From assembly GCA_028282585.1 (NCBI GenBank), contig JANQHR010000097.1, positions 44,638 through 108,637 on the forward strand: DNA of 64,000 bases, given 5' to 3'. A program made the position numbers and the translations under genes. The stretch comes from Bacteroidales bacterium. GTDB taxonomy: Bacteria; Bacteroidota; Bacteroidia; Bacteroidales; UBA12077. The notes beneath the pieces were generated by a model, which was not told the DNA's origin, did not search any database, and was given only the letters and a program-made list of their open reading frames with translations. Of this stretch, positions 10,069 to 17,792 are shown one piece after another; within the stretch, counting starts at the first letter, position 1; the number at the start of each line of letters is the position of its first letter.

Positions 10069-10147
10069 ACATATAAAAATAGATTTAAGTATAATATATC
10101 ATAATAAATTGTTATAACTTGCGCCCGAATTTTAGGAAATAAATGAA

Positions 10148-11071
10148 ATGAAAAAAGGAAACTTAATTGCATACATTTCAGTAATTTTAGCCATGTTGTT
10201 TTGGAGTTATACTTTTATATGGTATAAAAAAGTATACGATTTCTATAACCCAATAACGGTAGTTTTCTTTAGGTTAATTATTTCTTCCATATTTCTGTTT
10301 TTGTTAATGTATCCTTTAAAAAGGCTACAAAAAATAAAGAAAGGGGATCTAAAATATTTTATTCTTGTTTCTATATTTAATCCTTTTTTATATTTTATTG
10401 GAGAGAGTTACGGAATCAAATATGTATCGTCAACTTTAGCTGCAGTAATTATCGCCACAATTCCTTTATTCACTTCATTCACCTCATCCTATTTTTTTAA
10501 AGAAAAAATAACCAAAATGAATTCGATAGGAATTTTGGTATCTATAATTGGCGTAGGATTGGTAATTTTTAATAAACAGGAAGCAGCTGAAGCTTCTTTT
10601 TTTGGTTTGGGAATGTTATGGTTTGCCGTGGCTGCTGCAATAGGTTATACTTTAGTTCTTAAAAAACTTGCTTCAAGATATAATCCAACTAGTATTGTAA
10701 CTTATCATAACTTTATTGGAATATTTCTTTTTGCTCCTTTATTTTTTATTATTGATTTCCCTGAGTTTAAACAAACCGGGTTTTCATCAGAAGCATGGAT
10801 TCCATTGCTTGAGCTAGCGATCTTCGGATCTTCTTTTGCCTTTATTTTCTTTACCTTTTCTATTCAAAGAATTGGAGTTGGAAAAGCAAATGCCTTTACC
10901 AACTTAATTCCTGTAATTACAGCAATTATTGCATATTTTGTTTTAGACGAAATACTTAGCATCAATAAAATTACAGGTATCTCATTGGTTATTGGGGGAT
11001 TGTTCCTATCGCAAATAAAAACAAATAATTTTAGGCATAAACTAAGATCTTATATAAAACCAAGCGAATAA
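10148..11071 (+). CDS. EamA/DMT family transporter
   Basis: About 10 TM segments in two EamA repeats; FFKEKI and VLDEIL end motifs. Confidence 0.88.
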   Translation: MKKGNLIAYISVILAMLFWSYTFIWYKKVYDFYNPITVVFFRLIISSIFLFLLMYPLKRLQKIKKGDLKYFILVSIFNPFLYFIGESYGIKYVSSTLAAVIIATIPLFTSFTSSYFFKEKITKMNSIGILVSIIGVGLVIFNKQEAAEASFFGLGMLWFAVAAAIGYTLVLKKLASRYNPTSIVTYHNFIGIFLFAPLFFIIDFPEFKQTGFSSEAWIPLLELAIFGSSFAFIFFTFSIQRIGVGKANAFTNLIPVITAIIAYFVLDEILSINKITGISLVIGGLFLSQIKTNNFRHKLRSYIKPSE

Positions 11072-11580
11072 TGGGTGTTTTAGATAAAATACTATTGTTA
11101 GAATTAAAGAACAGGGCGCTTGATTTAAAACCAGAGACAAAAGCATTTTTCAATAAAATTCGTAAAAAAAAGCCTAAAAACCTGGATAAGGTCATGCAAG
11201 AGCTTAACGATGAAGTTTTTGATGAACTTAATTGTCTTGACTGTGCCAACTGCTGTAAATCTATTAGTCCAACTTTGTACGATAGAGATGTAGAACGATT
11301 GGCAAAACATTTCAAAATGAAACCTTCTCAGTTTGCAGATGAATACTTATACATGGATAATGATGGAGATTACGTTTTTCTGAAAACACCCTGTCCATTT
11401 CTAATGCCCGATAATTATTGCACAGCATATGAAGATCGCCCAAAAGCGTGTAGAGAATATCCACATCTTAATCGAAAAAGATTTTATCAAATCCTAAATC
11501 TAACCTTGAAAAATATGCAGGTTTGCCCAGCTGTTTATGATGCTGTTGAAAAACTAAAGGAAAGAAAAGAAATTATTTAA
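11071..11580 (+). CDS. YkgJ-family cysteine-cluster (CxxCxxCC) protein
   Basis: CLDCANCC, PCPFL..DNYC..YEDRPKACREYP. Confidence 0.88.
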   Translation: MGVLDKILLLELKNRALDLKPETKAFFNKIRKKKPKNLDKVMQELNDEVFDELNCLDCANCCKSISPTLYDRDVERLAKHFKMKPSQFADEYLYMDNDGDYVFLKTPCPFLMPDNYCTAYEDRPKACREYPHLNRKRFYQILNLTLKNMQVCPAVYDAVEKLKERKEII

Positions 11581-11625
11581 AATAAGTTTAAAACTTTTTT
11601 TGGATGGCAAAGAAAAGTTTTAAAA

Positions 11626-11667
11626 TCACCCTCCAGTCTTCACCACTTACCTCAAGGGAGGGCAAAG
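11626..11667. repeat. REP-like element, copy 1 (TCACCCTC...CCTCAAGGGAG family)
   Basis: tcaccctccagtcttcaccacttacctcaagggagggcaaag aligns with 62674-62715. Confidence 0.55.
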
Positions 11668-11815
11668 TTTGGTTTATTCTCACCTACGAGGCCGGCTAGG
11701 CATGGATACCCAAAGAGTAGAGGATAAATACTTCTTAACTAATGAAAACTATCATCGTCGATTTTGGTTCTTTCTTCAATAAAAGAACAAATAAAACCTT
11801 CAAAAAAGATAGAAC

Positions 11816-12694
11816 TTAGTTAACAAAAACATTCAATCCGTTCTCAATAATCTTTACATTTAGTATTTTACCCATTTCACCTGGTTCCCCATCATAGTGA
11901 ATCACATCAGGAGATTTTCTCTTAACGATAATATTTTTGCAACTATACGTTTCCAAATAAACACTTTTATCAATGTTTTTAAGGAATAATCTCGCACCAA
12001 TTCCTGGAGCTGTTATCAAAGGGAATGAACGCATAATAGCAACTTCTAATTTACCATCCTGAATATCAGCTTTTGGTGCTATATGAGCATTATTGCCATA
12101 TTGGGAAGCATTTGCAAAGGTTATTAGAAAAGCATCACGCATAATTGTTGTTCCATTCATAGATATTTCATATCTCTTAGGTTTGTATCTTCTAAACTCA
12201 GATACAGTAGCCTTTATATAATTTGTAAATCCACGACCTTCCATTTTATCAAAAAGGTGTCCTATATGAGCGTCAAAACCAACTCCTGTAGTACAAAAGA
12301 ATTTTTGATCATTGATTTTTCCATAGTCAATTTTTCTTTTATTCCCTGCCTTTATAAGATCAAGCGCTTTCTCGGGTTTTAAAGGGATCTTCAAATGTCT
12401 GGCCAATCCATTTCCTGATCCAAATGGAACAATACCAAGTATAGCATTACTATCAGCAATTGCTGAGGCTACCTCATTAACTGTTCCATCTCCTCCAACC
12501 GCAACAACTTTTTTATATTCTTTCTTTGAATACTTTTTTACGATCTGAGTTGCTTCGCCAGCAAAACGGGTAAATATAATTTTTGTTTTATATTGATCTT
12601 CCTTGAATTTTTCTTCAATAAGCTCTATGATAAATTCTTTTGGTTTATTTCCCGAAATTGGATTTATAACAAATAATAGTTTTTCTTTCATCAC
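11816..12694 (-). CDS. Diacylglycerol/lipid kinase family protein (YegS/DgkB-like)
   Basis: INPISG, VGGDGTVNEV, PFGSGNGLAR, GVGFDA, NASQYGN, DGE motifs. Confidence 0.9.
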   Translation of the reverse strand: MMKEKLLFVINPISGNKPKEFIIELIEEKFKEDQYKTKIIFTRFAGEATQIVKKYSKKEYKKVVAVGGDGTVNEVASAIADSNAILGIVPFGSGNGLARHLKIPLKPEKALDLIKAGNKRKIDYGKINDQKFFCTTGVGFDAHIGHLFDKMEGRGFTNYIKATVSEFRRYKPKRYEISMNGTTIMRDAFLITFANASQYGNNAHIAPKADIQDGKLEVAIMRSFPLITAPGIGARLFLKNIDKSVYLETYSCKNIIVKRKSPDVIHYDGEPGEMGKILNVKIIENGLNVFVN

Positions 12695-12721
12695 ACTTCG
12701 TCAAAGTTCTTCTATTGGCTC

Positions 12722-12729
12722 CAAAAATA
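12722..12729 (-). promoter_or_regulatory. Bacteroidota -7 element for the lipid kinase gene
   Basis: Minus-strand TATTTTTG. Confidence 0.55.
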
Positions 12730-12796
12730 TATTAGAACCATTTTATAAAAAAGAAAAACGTAAACTTAATTTAAACTAATATCCTATAGTATACTG

Positions 12797-12813
12797 TTAA
12801 CAATACCTTAACA
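12797..12813. promoter_or_regulatory. Candidate Pho-box-like / OmpR-family direct repeat
   Basis: TTAACA at 12797 and 12808, an exact 11-bp period, upstream of the PlcP-like gene. Confidence 0.45.
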
Positions 12814-12895
12814 GTAAATATAAAATTTTCAATTTCTTAATCGTGTAATAACAATCCCTTAAATTGACCGTCATTACTTCGAAACAAAAAGCAAA

Positions 12896-13723
12896 ATGAT
12901 TAAACCGAACCATTTTAAAACCATAGTAATATCGGATGTTCATTTGGGAACTAAAGCATCAAAAGCAAAAGAATTAGTAAGGTTCCTAAAAAGTAATACA
13001 TGCGACAAACTTATCTTAAATGGCGACATTGTGGATGGCTGGAGGCTTAAAAAGAATGGTAAATGGAAGAAAAAACACACTCGTTTTTTTAAGGTCTTAA
13101 TAAAAATGATAGATAAATTTAATACTGAAGTAATATATATTCGCGGAAACCACGATGATTTCCTGGATAATATGATGCCTCTTACAATCGGCAACCTATC
13201 TATCCAAAAAGACTATCTTCATAAAAGTAACGGTAAAAGTTTCTATGTGCTTCACGGTGACATATTTGATACAATTACAACTAATCTTAAATGGTTGGCA
13301 AAACTGGGCGATGTTGGATATACATTTTTACTTTGGTTAAATAAAGTTTATAATAATCGTAGGTTGAAACGCGGGCTTCCATATTACTCTTTATCTCAAG
13401 ACATTAAACAACGAGTTAAAACTGCTGTTTCATATATATCAAGTTTTGAACAAGAACTAGTAAAGCTTGCTAAATCAAGAAATTGTGATGGTGTTATCTG
13501 TGGACATATTCACCATCCTGATATACATGATTATGATGGAATTACATATTTGAATTCCGGTGACTGGGTAGAATCATTAAGCGCGCTTGTTGAGCATTAT
13601 GATGGAAAATGGGAGATTCTATATTATAATGAATTGGTAAAAGAAGAAATACCTCCTAAAAAAGAAAAAGTTAAAAAACCCGAGTTTGTTTTGCCGAACA
13701 TAATAAAAACCAAAATAGCTTAA
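12896..13723 (+). CDS. Metallophosphoesterase of the PlcP/LpxH2 type (usually annotated UDP-2,3-diacylglucosamine diphosphatase)
   Basis: SDVHLG, GDIVDGW, GNHD, HGDIFD, CGHIHHP, NSGDWVES. Confidence 0.8.
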   Translation: MIKPNHFKTIVISDVHLGTKASKAKELVRFLKSNTCDKLILNGDIVDGWRLKKNGKWKKKHTRFFKVLIKMIDKFNTEVIYIRGNHDDFLDNMMPLTIGNLSIQKDYLHKSNGKSFYVLHGDIFDTITTNLKWLAKLGDVGYTFLLWLNKVYNNRRLKRGLPYYSLSQDIKQRVKTAVSYISSFEQELVKLAKSRNCDGVICGHIHHPDIHDYDGITYLNSGDWVESLSALVEHYDGKWEILYYNELVKEEIPPKKEKVKKPEFVLPNIIKTKIA

Positions 13724-13730
13724 ATACCTG

Positions 13731-14810
13731 ATGAAATATCTTTTTATAGTCCAGGGCGAAGGTCGTGGGCACATGACTCAAGCAATTAGCCTGCGAAATA
13801 TGCTTGCTCAAAACGGGCATGAAGTTAGCTCTGTTATCATTGGGAAAAGTTCAAGACGCGAGATCCCTTCCTTTTTCTTTGAGAAAATTCAAACAAAGGT
13901 TCATCCCGTTAATAGTCCAAATTTCGTTGTTGGTAAGAAAAACAAAAGAATAAAGATTACTAAATCAATAATTATAAATCTATTACATTTTAGAAGATAT
14001 CTAAAGAGTTTAGGTCAAATAAAATCGATTGTAAAAAATGAAAATCCGGATGTAATAATAAACTTTTATGATCTTTTAGGAGGGCTTTTTTACCTTTTTA
14101 ATAATCCAAAAATCCCATATTATTGTATTGGGCATCAGTATTTATTAAACCATTCAGAATTTCCTTTTCCCGAAGGTCATAAATTAGACCGTTTTCTTTT
14201 AAAAATTAACACGTTAATAACCTCATTCAGAGCTAATAAATTTCTTGCACTTTCGTTTCGTCTAATGGAAGACCAACCAAAAAAGAAAATTTATGTTGTT
14301 CCACCTTTACTTCGTGATAATGTTTTAGAATTAGAACCAAAAAACGAAGGGTTTATCCATGGTTATATGTTAAATCAAGGCTATGCAAAAGATATTATGG
14401 ACTGGCATAAATTGCATGTTGATACCAAGGTATATTTCTTTTGGGATAAAAAAGAAGCCGAAGAAGAAACGGTAGTTCATAAAAATCTGGTTTTTCACAA
14501 AATAAACGATGTAAAGTTCTTGGATTATATGAGCCGTTGCGAAGCTTATGCAAGTACCGCAGGTTTTGAATCAATTTGCGAAGCCATGTATTTAGGTAAG
14601 CCAATTATGATGGTTCCAACGGCAGGCCATTTTGAGCAAAAATGTAATGCAATAGATGCCAACTTAAGCGGAGCCGGAATTTGGAGTGAAGAATTCGACT
14701 TAACCAAACTTCTTAATTATATTCCGAATCATAATACCGATAATTCTGCTTTTAAAAGATGGGTTGACAGCGCAGAACAAAAATTTCTTGCGTATTTAAA
14801 TCAAGAATAA
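13731..14810 (+). CDS. GT-B glycosyltransferase, MJ1255/VC2487-like family
   Basis: QGEGRGHMTQA N-terminal motif and TAGFESICEAMYLGKP..VP..GHFEQKCNA. Confidence 0.8.
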   Translation: MKYLFIVQGEGRGHMTQAISLRNMLAQNGHEVSSVIIGKSSRREIPSFFFEKIQTKVHPVNSPNFVVGKKNKRIKITKSIIINLLHFRRYLKSLGQIKSIVKNENPDVIINFYDLLGGLFYLFNNPKIPYYCIGHQYLLNHSEFPFPEGHKLDRFLLKINTLITSFRANKFLALSFRLMEDQPKKKIYVVPPLLRDNVLELEPKNEGFIHGYMLNQGYAKDIMDWHKLHVDTKVYFFWDKKEAEEETVVHKNLVFHKINDVKFLDYMSRCEAYASTAGFESICEAMYLGKPIMMVPTAGHFEQKCNAIDANLSGAGIWSEEFDLTKLLNYIPNHNTDNSAFKRWVDSAEQKFLAYLNQE

Positions 14811-14889
14811 TAAGAATACAGATTGTTCGTTTAAAACTTAATGTGATCTAATTTTCCGGATAATATTGTAATTTCATTATTTTTACTCA

Positions 14890-15933
14890 ATGAAGAAAAT
14901 TCATGCTGTAATTATTGTAATATTACTTGCAACTCAGTTATATGGGCAAATTGGTGGCACTCACACCTATGATTTCTTGAATTTGATCAATTCTGCAAGA
15001 GTAGCATCATTTGGAGGTGATGTAATTGCCATTAATGATAATGATTATAGCTTAACATATCATAATCCTGCTTTATTAAATCCAAATATGAATCAGGAAT
15101 TGGCACTAAATTATGTCAATTATTTTACTGATGTGAATTATGGTTATGCCTCCTATGCATCGAATATTAGTAACTATGGTATTTTTTCGGGAGGAATTCA
15201 TTATATAAATTATGGGAAGTTCATTGCCGCTGATGAAAAAGGCATTATAACCGGTGAATTTAAGGCTGCAGAGTATGCTATAAACCTAATCTATTCAAGA
15301 GCCATAGATAGCACGTTCCGGCTTGGGGTAAATGTTAAACCAATAATTTCAACACTTGAAAAATATACATCTTATGGCATTGCAGCTGATTTTGGAGTAG
15401 TTTATAATAAACCTGGTAGTTTATTTACTGCTGCTTTGGTTATAAAAAATGTAGGAACCCAACTAAAAGCTTATACCGACACCAGGGAAACTTTACCATT
15501 TAATATCCAGTTAGGGATATCTCAAAAATTGAAACACGCTCCATTTTTATTTACAGTCACCTTTGATCACTTAGAAACCTGGGATTTAACGTATGATGAA
15601 CCACAAAGTGAAGATGTAATCTTAGATCCGGCGGCAAGCGAAGAATCCGAATCTAAAATTGATAAACTAGCTGATCAGTTTATGCGACACATTATTCTTG
15701 GAGTTGAATTCAATCCAATCAATAATTTTTATGTTCGCGCTGGATACAACTACAGAAGAAGGCAAGAAATGTTAATTGAATCAAAAACATCTACTATTGG
15801 TTTCTCATGGGGATTTGGAGTTAAAATATCTAAATTCCATATAAATTATGGCAGAGCTACTTACCATTTAGCCGGAGCTTCCGATCATTTTTCCATTTCA
15901 ACTAATCTTAATAGTTTTAAGAAAAATTTATAA
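14890..15933 (+). CDS. porQ: Type IX secretion system protein PorQ
   Basis: Signal peptide, YDFLNLINSARVASFGG, NPALL, GYNYRRRQE; barrel-like; upstream of cmk as is typical. Confidence 0.75.
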   Translation: MKKIHAVIIVILLATQLYGQIGGTHTYDFLNLINSARVASFGGDVIAINDNDYSLTYHNPALLNPNMNQELALNYVNYFTDVNYGYASYASNISNYGIFSGGIHYINYGKFIAADEKGIITGEFKAAEYAINLIYSRAIDSTFRLGVNVKPIISTLEKYTSYGIAADFGVVYNKPGSLFTAALVIKNVGTQLKAYTDTRETLPFNIQLGISQKLKHAPFLFTVTFDHLETWDLTYDEPQSEDVILDPAASEESESKIDKLADQFMRHIILGVEFNPINNFYVRAGYNYRRRQEMLIESKTSTIGFSWGFGVKISKFHINYGRATYHLAGASDHFSISTNLNSFKKNL

Positions 15934-16121
15934 CCGATTATTATTTGATATAGATTGATTTCCCTTACATTAATTAATAACCAATCCAAAAAATAAGATT
16001 ATTGGAAAATTGGATTATTGAAAACTATTACATTAACTGCATCATTCCATAAATCCAACTATCCAGCTAATTATTATTTATTAATTCTTTTTTGGATTAA
16101 TGGAATCTCCTTACTTGAAAA

Positions 16122-16153
16122 CTTGTCAATTGTTGTTTTTGGATTTAACTTTG
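16122..16153 (+). promoter_or_regulatory. Bacteroidota promoter for cmk-ispH
   Basis: CTTG (16122) - 20 nt - TAACTTTG (16146). Confidence 0.6.
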
Positions 16154-16173
16154 ATGTTCAAATTTAAACGTGA

Positions 16174-16878
16174 ATGATCCAGACCAAAAAAAAAATTATT
16201 ATCGCTATTGATGGTTACTCATCATCGGGGAAAAGTACACTTGCCAAAGAAATTGCCAAAACTCTTGACTATAAATACATTGACAGCGGAGCAATGTATC
16301 GCGCAGTTACGTTATTTGCGATTCGAAATAACATTATTGATCCGAAAAATCATCAAATTGATGAAGAAAAACTTCGCAATTTGATCAATCAAGTTCAGGT
16401 AAATTTTAAATACAATTCTGATAAAGACAAGCAGGAAACTTATTTAAACGAAGAAAATGTTGAAGAAGAAATTCGAGAAATGGAAGTTTCTGATAATGTT
16501 AGTTTTATAAGCAAATATGGATTTGTAAGAGAGAAGATGGTTAAATTCCAGCAAGAAATAGGAAAAGAAAAAGGCATTGTTATGGACGGTCGTGACATTG
16601 GAACTATTGTATTTCCAAATGCCGAACTGAAAATCTTTATGAATGCAAATGCTAAAGTAAGAGCAGAAAGAAGATACCTGGAACTAAAAGAAAAAAATGT
16701 TGATGTAAGTTTTGATGAGATTCTGGAAAATGTAAGGAAAAGAGATCATATTGATGAAACCCGCGAAGAAAGTCCACTAAAAAAAGCATCGGATTCAATT
16801 GAGTTAGATAATAGCAATATGAATCGTCAAGAACAATTAGACTGGATTGTTCGTTTAGTAAAAGAACGGATTGGCTAA
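16174..16878 (+). CDS. cmk: Cytidylate kinase
   Basis: IAIDGYSSSGKST, DSGAMYRA, MDGRDIGT. Confidence 0.96.
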   Translation: MIQTKKKIIIAIDGYSSSGKSTLAKEIAKTLDYKYIDSGAMYRAVTLFAIRNNIIDPKNHQIDEEKLRNLINQVQVNFKYNSDKDKQETYLNEENVEEEIREMEVSDNVSFISKYGFVREKMVKFQQEIGKEKGIVMDGRDIGTIVFPNAELKIFMNANAKVRAERRYLELKEKNVDVSFDEILENVRKRDHIDETREESPLKKASDSIELDNSNMNRQEQLDWIVRLVKERIG

Positions 16879-16881
16879 GTT

Positions 16882-17760
16882 ATGAAAATTGATATTGATA
16901 GTAATTCAGGTTTTTGTTTTGGCGTGGTAAACGCTATACAATTGGCTGAAATGGAGTTGGAAAGAAACGATACCCTTTATTGCCTTGGAGATATTGTACA
17001 TAATAGTGCTGAAGTTGAAAGACTTAAACAAAAAGGATTAGTTACTATCGATCATCAGCAGTTTAAAACTTTAAAAAATTGCAAAGTTTTGTTACGTGCT
17101 CATGGTGAACCTCCGGAAACTTACCAAACGGCAATCAAAAATAATATTCAACTTATTGATGCATCATGTCCTGTGGTTTTGAAACTTCAAAATAATATTA
17201 AACTTGGATTTGATGAGATATTAAGTAAAGGTGGGCAAGTTGTAATTTATGGAAAAGAAGGCCATGCCGAAGTTAATGGATTAGTGGGACAAACAAATGG
17301 TAAGGCAATAGTTATTGGTGGAATGGAAGACTTATATAAAATTGATTTTTCAAAGCCAATTAATCTTTTCTCTCAAACTACAAAAAGTATCGCTGGTTTT
17401 TATGAAATACAAAAAGAAATAAAAACAAAAATGATTTCAGCTCAGGGAACAGAAGATGTTGAATTTATTTCGAACGATACTATTTGCAGACAAGTATCTC
17501 ATAGAGAACCACAGTTACGCGAATTCGTAAAAAAACACAATGTCGTAGTTTTTGTAAGTGGAAAAAAAAGCTCAAATGGCAGAATGCTTTTCGAAGTTTG
17601 TAAAGATGAAAATCCAAATACATATTTCGTGTCCGATGCAGATGAACTTCAGAAAAAGTGGTTTGTAAATACCAAAACTGTTGGTGTTTGTGGAGCGACC
17701 TCAACTCCACGATGGTTAATGGAAAAAGTTGCTAAAAACATTGAAAACCTTTCAAATTAA
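16882..17760 (+). CDS. ispH: 4-hydroxy-3-methylbut-2-enyl diphosphate reductase
   Basis: GFCFGV, IVHN, RAHG, DASCPVV, HAEV, QTT, TIC, SSN, GATSTP. Confidence 0.96.
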   Translation: MKIDIDSNSGFCFGVVNAIQLAEMELERNDTLYCLGDIVHNSAEVERLKQKGLVTIDHQQFKTLKNCKVLLRAHGEPPETYQTAIKNNIQLIDASCPVVLKLQNNIKLGFDEILSKGGQVVIYGKEGHAEVNGLVGQTNGKAIVIGGMEDLYKIDFSKPINLFSQTTKSIAGFYEIQKEIKTKMISAQGTEDVEFISNDTICRQVSHREPQLREFVKKHNVVVFVSGKKSSNGRMLFEVCKDENPNTYFVSDADELQKKWFVNTKTVGVCGATSTPRWLMEKVAKNIENLSN

Positions 17761-17770
17761 ATTAGATTTG
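17740..17770 (+). promoter_or_regulatory. Promoter for priA
   Basis: ATTG (17740) - 19 nt - TAGATTTG (17763). Confidence 0.5.
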
Positions 17771-17792
17771 CTGGGGAGTAAACAAACTTTTA

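Noticed and set aside
12896-13723. Calling this gene lpxH (lipid A synthesis)
   Set aside because: The GNHD motif and glycosyltransferase/DAG-kinase context fit PlcP/LpxH2 better and no lpx genes are nearby, so the symbol is withheld.
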